A stretch of DNA of 41,016 bases from a virus (IMGVR_UViG_3300032320_000125:1-41016), one strand, 5' to 3'; positions 1 to 7,544 are shown, numbered from the stretch's first letter. Numbers and translations: made by a program. Notes: a model not told the origin generated them from the sequence alone.

Positions 1-123
1 AGGTCCTGCTTCCACGAATCAGAGTTCTTTTCAAATCCGCCTGGAGGTCCAAAGGCGAGGTGTAAGTCCTGATAACGAGGATGGGTGAGTCTGTTCTTTA
101 TGGAGAGCAGGAACTTTTGCGCC
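1..123. repeat. Terminal direct repeat (circular assembly overlap)
   Basis: 1-123 is identical to 40894-41016 and the terminase reading frame runs through the join. Confidence 0.95.
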
Positions 124-617
124 ATAGCCTGGGTTTTAGAAACAACCATGATACGGATGTTAGGGTTTTGGCAAATCCGATATACAGCATAGTTGACCGT
201 AATGGTCGTAGACTTTGCGTGTTCTGGGGGAGTGTTAACGATGAGTAGGTCTTTATCCCCTGGCTCATAAATAATTGAAGGGTGGACATCCGTAGGCACT
301 CTGGATTCCAATAAATCAATCCAATGGCGTTGATGTTCAAAAACTTGAACCCCTAAGTATTTTTTGGAAAAAATCTCAAATGGGGGTACTTCTTCGGTCG
401 GACCGCCTACTTCTCCACGGGCGGTCAGAGAGCGCAGTTTGTCTATACCTGCAGCAAAGTCAGGGTCTGTCTTACGGTAATACTCGTAAGTCTTGACACT
501 TCTCCCAACGGCATCCATGGCTCGTTGGACCGAGTAGCCTTGCATTAAAAAATCTATAATCTGCTTCTTTATAGCATCCGACTTATGGGATGCAGCAGTA
601 ACTCTTTTTCTTTCCAT
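1..617 (-). CDS. terL: Terminase large subunit, 5' part (gene wraps the origin; about 621 aa in total) with N-terminal HTH-like segment
   Basis: Manual translation from ATG 617: MERKRVTAASHKSDAIKKQIIDFLMQGYSVQRAMDAVGRSVKTYEYYRKTDPDF...; Walker A-like PPEHAKST; continues in frame into 40893-39645. Confidence 0.9.
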   Translation of the reverse strand, partial: MERKRVTAASHKSDAIKKQIIDFLMQGYSVQRAMDAVGRSVKTYEYYRKTDPDFAAGIDKLRSLTARGEVGGPTEEVPPFEIFSKKYLGVQVFEHQRHWIDLLESRVPTDVHPSIIYEPGDKDLLIVNTPPEHAKSTTITVNYAVYRICQNPNIRIMVVSKTQAMAQKFLLSIKNRLTHPRYQDLHLAFGPPGGFEKNSDSWKQD

Positions 618-879
618 AGGCGTAGTAGCAATGCGACCTAATGGAAGCATTGCAGTTTATCCTTTCCTAACCGTAGGCTGTAGCCCTAAGGCGGAAGCCG
701 TAGGTTAGGGCAATAACTAGGGGGGCAGCCTAAGGGGCTGCCAGTGTGCTTGCAGTAGGGCGACCATTATTTTGCCCTACATATACTATTAGGTGTCCAG
801 AGGACACTTATTGGACATTTATTTTGTAACTATTTTGCAACGGTTTACCTTTCAGGTAAAACCGCAGGTCAGAGCAGTG

Positions 880-956
880 TGACCCCAGGGCTATCAAAGT
901 TATGTGGGTAGATACACAGACACACAGACACACAGATATTTAAAAACCTGGGGTCA
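880..956. repeat. 10-bp inverted repeat enclosing 3 x ACACAGAC tandem repeat
   Basis: TGACCCCAGG 880-889 and CCTGGGGTCA 947-956; ACACAGAC x3 (last copy partial) at 914-936. Confidence 0.8.
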
Positions 957-1440
957 AACATTTGCTGCTGCTTTGCTTTTGTTTAAACTGCTTGCTGATT
1001 TTGCTGGCACTGCTGGCAAAACTAGGGCTGAGCAGCACTATGCGCTGGCTTGGCGTTGACTCGCTGCTCGTATCAATCTCGCCCCCCCCCCTGCATACGC
1101 ATCGCAGCAATCGCAGCCTTGTTTAAACATAGTTGAACTTTCAACTACTTTCCGATGGCTCAGCCTGCATGCGTGGCATCTCACTATGTAAGACAACCGC
1201 AAACATCGCCATAAGTTACTCATCGGTAACACGCTAAAGTCAGTTGTTTAATATCACTTTAGAGCATCGCAACAATTCAACATCGCTGAAACCAGTATAA
1301 ATCAATGGTTTTAGAGCATTACTGATGAGTAACATATTTTTTTGTGCTCATCACTGCATGAACAATCGGAGGCAATCGCATCAACATCGAATCGTTTAAA
1401 CTGCCCCAAAGTCAGTTAAAATCAATGGTTTTAGGGGTGC

Positions 1441-1469
1441 TTGTAATTTTGTTTAAACTCGAATACCTT
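1441..1469 (+). promoter_or_regulatory. Putative sigma-A-type early promoter P1
   Basis: TTGTAA-N17-TACCTT upstream of the first early gene; a GTTTAAAC lies in the spacer. Confidence 0.55.
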
Positions 1470-1516
1470 AGTGCCAGTGGAACAATCCACTACCGACTGG
1501 AAACGGAGCACTACTC

Positions 1517-2047
1517 ATGAGCAATCGTGAATCATGGCTTGCAGACTTCGCTGCTGCAGCCAAGCCTTATGTCACCGAGGGTTTAAGCCTTGGTGGAAAC
1601 GAGGAGGCAGTAATTCGCCTCTCTTGTGGATTTACCCCTAAAACTGGTCGCAAGGCTGCAGATGCAGCAATTGTGCCTCCATCAGCATCCGATGACTTCA
1701 CTGCTGAGATTTTCGTATCACCAATCGTTGACTCAACTGAGGCAGTGGCAAAACTGGTGCTGCCTCTCTTGAAACTGGCTCATATCGGCAACTGGCGCTC
1801 AGCAGCACCAAGCGTTGCCAAGCCACTGGAAACCCTCCCAACATGGGCAAACTCAATCCTTGCCAATCTTGGAGCCTATCCACACGCAGCCCTTGAAATT
1901 GCTGCAGCACCTAAGCAAACAACTCGCCTCATCAAGGTCGAGTGTTTAAACGATGGATATATCGCTCGTGTTTCTCGCAGCACCTTGGTCAACCTTGGCG
2001 CTCCAATCTGCCCTGCATGCCACAACTCACTACTGGAGAGTAACTAA
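1517..2047 (+). CDS. SprT-like phage protein lacking HExxH
   Basis: RESWL, SCGF, EIFVSP, LGAYPHA, KQTTRLIKVEC, CPAC motifs typical of phage SprT-like proteins; no HExxH. Confidence 0.6.
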   Translation: MSNRESWLADFAAAAKPYVTEGLSLGGNEEAVIRLSCGFTPKTGRKAADAAIVPPSASDDFTAEIFVSPIVDSTEAVAKLVLPLLKLAHIGNWRSAAPSVAKPLETLPTWANSILANLGAYPHAALEIAAAPKQTTRLIKVECLNDGYIARVSRSTLVNLGAPICPACHNSLLESN

Positions 2048-2049
2048 CC

Positions 2050-2760
2050 ATGAAAACTTACGGAATCGAACTCGAAACAAGCAGCATCTCAATCCGCACC
2101 GCACAATCTGCACTCGATGCAGTCGGTTTAAACTGGTCATGCAAGCCCGATGGAACTCGTGGCGTTGATGCTGAGGCAGTTTCACCAATCCTCAACGATG
2201 GCAGTTTAAACGAGAGCCTCACCGCTGCTCGTGCCCTACTTCGTGCTGGTGCAACCGTTAACCGCCAAACTGGTTACCATGTCCATATCGGCGCTGACCA
2301 TTACGGCGTGGATGGAATCGCTGCAACGGTTCGCAACTGGTACACCGCAGCCAACGCAATCGGCGCACTCGTTGCCAAGTCTCGTTTAAACAATCACTTC
2401 TGCAATCACAACATCAGCGAGGCAGTCATTGACCAGTGGACTGAAAACATCCGCAACGGTTCAATCCGTAACATCGGAGGCAGTCGCTATCAATCACTAA
2501 ATCTCGACTCATACCAACGCCATGGCACAATCGAGTTTCGCCTACACCATGGCACCCTCAACGGTAAGAAAATCCAAGCATGGGCAGAGTTTTGCGAGGC
2601 TATCGCAACCTTCTCAACTGCTGGCGGAATCCTTGATGCAGGAACTGGTGACCGTTTAAACGACATCAAGTCACTGCTTGGCAAGTTAGTTATCAACGAG
2701 GCAATCAAACTCGACACTGCTAACTACCTCAACCAACGAGCAGTCGAACTCAGCGCCTAA
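2050..2760 (+). CDS. Putative amidoligase (COOH-NH2 ligase, Amidoligase_2-like)
   Basis: YGIELE, DGT, EAVSPIL, TGYHVHIG, RYQSLNL, TIEFRLHHGT motifs. Confidence 0.85.
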   Translation: MKTYGIELETSSISIRTAQSALDAVGLNWSCKPDGTRGVDAEAVSPILNDGSLNESLTAARALLRAGATVNRQTGYHVHIGADHYGVDGIAATVRNWYTAANAIGALVAKSRLNNHFCNHNISEAVIDQWTENIRNGSIRNIGGSRYQSLNLDSYQRHGTIEFRLHHGTLNGKKIQAWAEFCEAIATFSTAGGILDAGTGDRLNDIKSLLGKLVINEAIKLDTANYLNQRAVELSA

Positions 2761-2768
2761 CAAGCGCA

Positions 2769-2814
2769 GCCTGCCCCAAGTGGGCAAGCGAGGGAGCGTT
2801 ACCCTCGGCAGGCA
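2769..2814 (+). ncRNA. Candidate tRNA-like mini-structure (acceptor stem + T-arm geometry)
   Basis: 7-bp GCCTGCC/GGCAGGC stem stacked on a 5-bp GAGGG/CCCTC stem with a 7-nt loop; intergenic. Confidence 0.45.
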
Positions 2815-2859
2815 CTGGTACCAAATTGGTACCTTGTTTAAACAGAACGGACTGGAATC

Positions 2860-2955
2860 ATGAACAGCATCAACTACTGGTCAATCGTAGATGGTCGAGT
2901 GCTATTGCTTGGCTTGCTTGCGGTCGGCTTCTATCTATACGGAAAGAGAATATAA
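2860..2955 (+). CDS. 31-aa single-TM membrane peptide (not in ORF track)
   Basis: MNSINYWSIVDGRVLLLGLLAVGFYLYGKRI; GGACTGG leader; fills an operon gap. Confidence 0.6.
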   Translation: MNSINYWSIVDGRVLLLGLLAVGFYLYGKRI

Positions 2956-2959
2956 CAAA

Positions 2960-3106
2960 ATGTTATACATCATCGAGGGCATTGACTTCTATGGTCGGCG
3001 CTTCACTGGTGCATACAACAAAGAGGATGCGGATTACCTTCTTGCATCCGACCGTTTAAACAGGTTGGTAAAAGTTATCAACCCATGTGATACAATTAAC
3101 TCATAA
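2960..3106 (+). CDS. Hypothetical protein (48 aa)
   Basis: ATG 4 nt after the previous stop; MLYIIEGIDFYGRRFTG... Confidence 0.6.
   Translation: MLYIIEGIDFYGRRFTGAYNKEDADYLLASDRLNRLVKVINPCDTINS
3084..3096 (+). promoter_or_regulatory. Putative extended -10 promoter
   Basis: TG-A-TACAAT; CATGTGATACA recurs at 6100-6110. Confidence 0.5.
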
Positions 3107-3132
3107 CAACTAGCAGACTGGAGAAATAAATT

Positions 3133-3936
3133 ATGTGTGGAATCGCAGGCTTCTGCCTTAACCCAAAGCACAATCAGAATCAGACCGACCTTGCAGCACA
3201 GATGCTGCTCGACATCGAACATCGTGGCTACCATGCCACTGGCGCTGCTTGGATTAACCCCAAGTCAGGCAATCGTGTAATCACCAAAGCACCCGTTGCT
3301 GCAACCAAGTTCATCACAACAGATGCAGGCAAGCGACTATGTTTAAACGCACAGACCGCCATCTTGCACACTCGTTGGGCAACTCAGGGTTCGCCAAAGG
3401 TTAACGACAACAACCACCCAATTCCTCGTGGCAAAATCGTGCTCACTCACAACGGACACATCAGCAACGATGACCAATTGTTTAAACAACTCAAGGTCAA
3501 GCGCCATGGTCAGGTAGATAGCGAGGCAGTCGCTGCACTTATCGCCTTCACTGCTGCACCTATCTCCGAGGTACTCTCTCGTGTACAGGGCACCGCTGCC
3601 TTGGCTTGGATTGAACAGGGTAAGGGCAACACATTGCACCTTGCTCGTGTTAACTCATCGCCATTGTGGATTGGTCAGACTGGCACAGGTTCCCTCGTCT
3701 ATGGTTCAACCGAGGAGACTATCGAGAACGCAGCAGTAATGCTGGACTCCAACCTTGACTGGTCATACTCAGCAAACGAGGGTGAATACTTCAAGGTTAA
3801 AGATGGCAGAATCGTAGAGCACAAGAACTTCGAGCCATTTAAACAGGTCTATACAAACAACTGGCGTGGGTTCGGTAGACTAACCGATGCAGAACTCGAC
3901 AAGTATTGGGCTGACCAAGATGAACTAGCCTTCTAA
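3133..3936 (+). CDS. Class II (Ntn) glutamine amidotransferase
   Basis: MCGIAG N-terminal Cys, HRG..ATG, HTRWATQG, NNHP, HNGHI, VDSE. Confidence 0.92.
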   Translation: MCGIAGFCLNPKHNQNQTDLAAQMLLDIEHRGYHATGAAWINPKSGNRVITKAPVAATKFITTDAGKRLCLNAQTAILHTRWATQGSPKVNDNNHPIPRGKIVLTHNGHISNDDQLFKQLKVKRHGQVDSEAVAALIAFTAAPISEVLSRVQGTAALAWIEQGKGNTLHLARVNSSPLWIGQTGTGSLVYGSTEETIENAAVMLDSNLDWSYSANEGEYFKVKDGRIVEHKNFEPFKQVYTNNWRGFGRLTDAELDKYWADQDELAF

Positions 3937-3972
3937 GTTTCGGAGATAGCCCCAGCATCCTCCGATAAAGAT

Positions 3973-4001
3973 GCCCCCGCTTCGGCGGGGGTTTTCTTTT
4001 T
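3973..4001 (+). terminator. Rho-independent terminator
   Basis: GCCCCCGC-TTCG-GCGGGGGT followed by a T tract. Confidence 0.9.
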
Positions 4002-4231
4002 GCCTGGAATCTGGCAATCTTCAAGTGTTTAAACAAGGTGGTGGTGGTGGTGGGTCTGGTGGTACATAATGTTTAAACAGTTAGCACTCCAGGGACCAGA
4101 CTGCTAACGACATGCGTTTAAACAGTGCGGTTGACAGATGTGGTAGGATTTGGTTTTACCAAAGGTAAAACCTACAAGATACAGGCTATTGTTTAAACAG
4201 AAAAATAGTTTATCTTTTTTTATTTAAATCC

Positions 4232-4260
4232 TTGACATTATTTCTTGGCTTCGGAATACT
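4232..4260 (+). promoter_or_regulatory. Putative sigma-A-type early promoter P2
   Basis: TTGACA-N17-AATACT with an AT-rich upstream tract at 4199-4230. Confidence 0.65.
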
Positions 4261-4306
4261 CGGACATGTAGCAACAGTGCTACCAAGAACAAAGGACTGG
4301 ATACAA

Positions 4307-4498
4307 ATGAAAGAACGCTCAGCGCATGCCATCGCCCAAGGTGAGGCACGCAAATACTTAGTCAAAAAATACCGCAGTGAATACGATGCTATCTATCGCT
4401 CACATGTGCTTGCTTTAGGTGGCAAGGTAAAACCATCAACTGCTGAAAGAATCGAACATCTCAAGGCACAGATTGCAGAACTGGAGGCATCACTATGA
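4307..4498 (+). CDS. Hypothetical protein with C-terminal coiled coil
   Basis: Start moved to ATG 4307 (AAAGGACTGG leader); the TTG at 4232 is the -35 box. Confidence 0.7.
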   Translation: MKERSAHAIAQGEARKYLVKKYRSEYDAIYRSHVLALGGKVKPSTAERIEHLKAQIAELEASL

Positions 4499-4749
4499 GC
4501 AAGCCAACAACATACGAGGGCTGGAAAAACTACAACACATGGAACATTGCGTTGTGGATTCAGAACGACTACGCCCTCTACCTATCAGCAACTCTATTCA
4601 TCAAGAACTACCAAGGTGCCAAGCCTTATCGTGATTGGGTAAAGATTGCTGGACTCGAAGGCAAGGCAACACTAGATGGATGCAAGTACAACGCAAGCGA
4701 CCTCGCTTACGGAGAACTAAATGAAATGATGAAAGGACTGGTGAACTAA
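4495..4749 (+). CDS. Conserved phage hypothetical protein (GWxNYxTWNxALW family)
   Basis: YEGWKNYNTWNIALWIQND motif; ATGA overlap. Confidence 0.75.
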   Translation: MSKPTTYEGWKNYNTWNIALWIQNDYALYLSATLFIKNYQGAKPYRDWVKIAGLEGKATLDGCKYNASDLAYGELNEMMKGLVN

Positions 4750-4977
4750 ATGTTTAAACGCAACTGGCGCACTGCAGTTTCTTCTGATACCAAACCCAAG
4801 CAACCAAAAGTTTTATGGTACGCCGAGGTAACAGACGAGATGATTACCCACCTATCACCGTCTCAACGCAACGAGTTCATGAACAAACTCAGCGAGGAGA
4901 TTGACAAGATAGGTCGGGAGTATCAGGTAGGTAAAGAGTTCAAGAACGGACAACTAAAGGAGAACAACTATGCCTAA
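4750..4977 (+). CDS. Hypothetical protein
   Basis: Abuts the upstream stop; operon position. Confidence 0.7.
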   Translation: MFKRNWRTAVSSDTKPKQPKVLWYAEVTDEMITHLSPSQRNEFMNKLSEEIDKIGREYQVGKEFKNGQLKENNYA

Positions 4978-5332
4978 AGGTGCAGTGCTATACACAGATG
5001 GAACATACGAGGAGAAAGAGTTTAAACAACTCTCCGACATGCAAGCAGCAGTGGATGGACTCATCGAACCCATCGGGATGCATGACTTCTATGGTGCAGG
5101 CGTGTGCCAAGGCTATGTAAATGAGGAAGGACTGCTCAAAGGTTTATCACTCAACGCAGTGGCGAGCGCCATGTCTTTCATGTTCGGTAATACACCTAGT
5201 ATCGTGGGCAATATGATTGTCCTCGGTTTAACTAACGATGAGGGTGAGGACACCGACATCCCTCAAGACATCTTGACTTTTATCAGTCGAGTGTGCGGTA
5301 ACCGTGCAAAGTTAGAGGCTGAGTATGTTTAA
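4970..5332 (+). CDS. DUF3846-like protein
   Basis: MQAAVDGLIE...YVNEEGLL..L.LN..A...IVGN; AAGGAG RBS. Confidence 0.75.
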   Translation: MPKGAVLYTDGTYEEKEFKQLSDMQAAVDGLIEPIGMHDFYGAGVCQGYVNEEGLLKGLSLNAVASAMSFMFGNTPSIVGNMIVLGLTNDEGEDTDIPQDILTFISRVCGNRAKLEAEYV

Positions 5333-5762
5333 ACACATACACCCGCACGCCCGCATTTGGATGGCGACAGTAGTGATACTTGGAATCTTTCTTGTGTTCA
5401 ACCCACGAGTACAGATAACTTCACACGCACCCAAGGGCGAGGTCATTGCATACTACGACAACGAGTACCAACGCTACGCTATCCAACGCTTGATTGAACA
5501 GGACAAACTTGAACAGTACCCATGTCTCTATGAATTGTGGACACTTGAATCAAACTGGCGACCTGCTGCGCTAAACAAATCAAGCAAAGCCATGGGCATC
5601 GCACAACTTATGCCTTCAACATGGGTAAACATAAAGGTTAAGCCAACTAAAGACGGGTTTAAACAGGTTGATGCTGGCTTGAAATATCTTGACCACAGAT
5701 ACGGCAAGACTCGTGGCATCTGCCGAGCATACGCTCATCACCTTGCTAAAGGATGGTACTAA
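5325..5762 (+). CDS. Membrane-anchored lytic transglycosylase (SLT-like)
   Basis: N-terminal TM; CL..LW..ESNW, A.GIAQL, GLKY..HRYG, C.A......GWY. Confidence 0.85.
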   Translation: MFKHIHPHARIWMATVVILGIFLVFNPRVQITSHAPKGEVIAYYDNEYQRYAIQRLIEQDKLEQYPCLYELWTLESNWRPAALNKSSKAMGIAQLMPSTWVNIKVKPTKDGFKQVDAGLKYLDHRYGKTRGICRAYAHHLAKGWY

Positions 5763-6106
5763 TGGAGCCTACCCTTCACACTATCCAATCACGCATGAGT
5801 GTAAGCAACAGAGGCAAGAACTATGTCTCGTTTAAACTGCGCTCTAACCCACGCTTGTATGCCGAGGGTTCATGTCGAGGTATAGACACAGAGGTTTTCT
5901 TTCCTGATAAAGAAATCTTTTTGCCTGAGGAAGAAGCAACTTTCGTACGCATGTGTTCGGACTGCCCAGTCATGGAGTTATGCCAAGAGTGGGGGCTAGT
6001 GCATGAAAGGTACGGCGTATGGGGTGGGCTAACGCCCTTCCGTAGGCAGCAAGAACGCAAGCGCCGAGGTTGGATGGTGTCCGACCCACGAGGGTTCGGC
6101 ATGTGA
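5762..6106 (+). CDS. whiB: WhiB-family transcription factor
   Basis: Four Cys (C..CxxC..C), FFP, GVWGG turn, basic tail; TAATG overlap start. Confidence 0.92.
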   Translation: MEPTLHTIQSRMSVSNRGKNYVSFKLRSNPRLYAEGSCRGIDTEVFFPDKEIFLPEEEATFVRMCSDCPVMELCQEWGLVHERYGVWGGLTPFRRQQERKRRGWMVSDPRGFGM

Positions 6107-6118
6107 TACAGTAATCTC

Positions 6119-6210
6119 ATTGGGCATCTCCCTTACGAAGGGGAAGCGTAAAGTAGGTGCCCATACAAAAGCCCCGCAGGGTTCCAGTCCTTTGCGGGGC
6201 TTCTGTATTT
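6119..6210 (+). ncRNA. Candidate small RNA (5' stem-loop plus terminator hairpin)
   Basis: Promoter-like TG-A-TACAGT at 6104-6112; TGGGCATCT/AGGTGCCCA stem; long terminator hairpin at 6163-6208. Confidence 0.45.
6163..6210. terminator. Bidirectional terminator between convergent operons
   Basis: ATACAAAAGCCCCGCA / TGCGGGGCTTCTGTAT inverted repeat (1 mismatch). Confidence 0.85.
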
Positions 6211-6743
6211 TACAAACCTATTTGTTTAGCAAGCATGAACACTTCATCAGATAAATCATCTAGTGTTCCATCGTTATACAACACATGTTTAAACATGAAG
6301 TTATCCATAGCATGTTCACTCTTGTGTGCATTGACTGGCGCATGGTTGTGTCGGTTGATACGCCACACTTGACCACCGTACTGCAGGATTTCATTAGCCT
6401 CATTAGGAAAGCGAACATCAGAGAACACAACCTTAGTTCCTTCTAACTTATCGAACGCTTGCTGCACCCAAAAGTTATCACCAAATTGTTGGCGACCTAC
6501 ATCAGTACCAAACACTTGAAGCAAACGCCTTACCTCAGGGTTACCCTTGGCTACATCCCAACCATACTCATCTACCAAATCAGCAACACGACTATTAAGA
6601 TTAAAGACTATTGGGTTGAGTGTGTAGATAGCATCACGCATTGGTTGAGCAAACGACATGCGTGTGTACCCATAGTTTAAACACAACAGTTCAGCAACAG
6701 TGTCCTTACCTGATTGTGCGTATCCACTTAAACCAATAATCAT
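6210..6743 (-). CDS. Deoxynucleoside monophosphate kinase
   Basis: GLSGYAQSGKDT P-loop, SFAQP, RLLQVFGT, SDVRFPNE. Confidence 0.9.
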   Translation of the reverse strand: MIIGLSGYAQSGKDTVAELLCLNYGYTRMSFAQPMRDAIYTLNPIVFNLNSRVADLVDEYGWDVAKGNPEVRRLLQVFGTDVGRQQFGDNFWVQQAFDKLEGTKVVFSDVRFPNEANEILQYGGQVWRINRHNHAPVNAHKSEHAMDNFMFKHVLYNDGTLDDLSDEVFMLAKQIGL

Positions 6744-6901
6744 TTGTCAATGTATCCAATCTGCTTGCGTTTAAACCAAATTATTTTATCTCCTGCCAGG
6801 TAAGTATAATACCCTATGTCGTTTAAACAGATGCCAATGTAATACAACGGCAGTCCTATTAAGTTCCATGGTCTCATGCGTTGGTACTTAGGTCTAATCA
6901 T
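6740..6901 (-). CDS. Hypothetical small protein
   Basis: Likely ATG 6901 overlapping the upstream stop; ATGA overlap downstream. Confidence 0.6.
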   Translation of the reverse strand: MIRPKYQRMRPWNLIGLPLYYIGICLNDIGYYTYLAGDKIIWFKRKQIGYIDK

Positions 6902-7544
6902 TATCGGGTTTCCTGTATCTACGATTGTTCCATTGAGGTTGTTCCCCACCTAGTCTGTCTTGTAACTTGGTAAGTGCACGAGACACACGCTTACGCAACG
7001 CTTCCTCGCTGGCACCATACTCAACGGCAAGTACATCAAAGTCAGTACCACCACCGTCAAACCTACGCCGCAAGAGGTCCCTGTCTTGCTCGTTTAAACG
7101 GGCAAGTGAGCCGCTTACATCTGACAACATTGCTTCTCTGTTCATACCCTCATTAGGTTTACTTGTCTTACTAATAAACTCTGCTTCTGCTAGTGAACCT
7201 GACTGCACCCACTGCTCGTAGTTCCATACATCACGCAGTAACTCTTGGAGTATCTCGTGTGTATAGTAGAACGCATCGCTTGGTACAGACTTTGTTTTAT
7301 ATGCACGCTCTTTCGCTGCAAACTTCTGACTCTCGTTGTTAAATGTTCGGCGCAGTTTAAACACTAAAGAATCCTGCCCTTCCCACTCCTCAATTTTATG
7401 CCAGTGTTCTACTGCCCATAAGTTTAGGTGTTGGAATACATCATCAGCAGACACGAGGTTGCGATGGATACGCACACATCGTGTTGCACTGTAGCGTGCC
7501 ACTTTGTATACGCTTTCCCATAACAATTCGTTATTGTTCTCCAT
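6894..7544 (-). CDS. Sigma-70-like / region-4 HTH transcription factor
   Basis: LNEQDRDLLRRRF...FDVLAVEYGASEEALRKRVSRALTKL HTH; N-terminal SADDVFQ helix. Confidence 0.7.
   Translation of the reverse strand: MENNNELLWESVYKVARYSATRCVRIHRNLVSADDVFQHLNLWAVEHWHKIEEWEGQDSLVFKLRRTFNNESQKFAAKERAYKTKSVPSDAFYYTHEILQELLRDVWNYEQWVQSGSLAEAEFISKTSKPNEGMNREAMLSDVSGSLARLNEQDRDLLRRRFDGGGTDFDVLAVEYGASEEALRKRVSRALTKLQDRLGGEQPQWNNRRYRKPDND

Noticed and set aside
98-340. 80-aa - strand ORF from the track
   Set aside because: Out-of-frame overlap within the terminase gene with no supporting signals.
2769-2814. A true tRNA gene
   Set aside because: No anticodon arm, no TTCG T-loop and too short; kept only as tRNA-like.
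4054-4061. TCTGGTGG as a Chi site
   Set aside because: Single, mismatched to E. coli Chi, and the host is probably actinobacterial.
4027-4198. Mini-CRISPR array
   Set aside because: The repeat is only 8-10 bp, spacing is irregular (44, 45, 75) and there is no cas locus.
5821-6120. - strand ORF with AAGGGAG RBS
   Set aside because: Fully antisense to an intact whiB and downstream of a terminator; the SD-like text is part of a hairpin.
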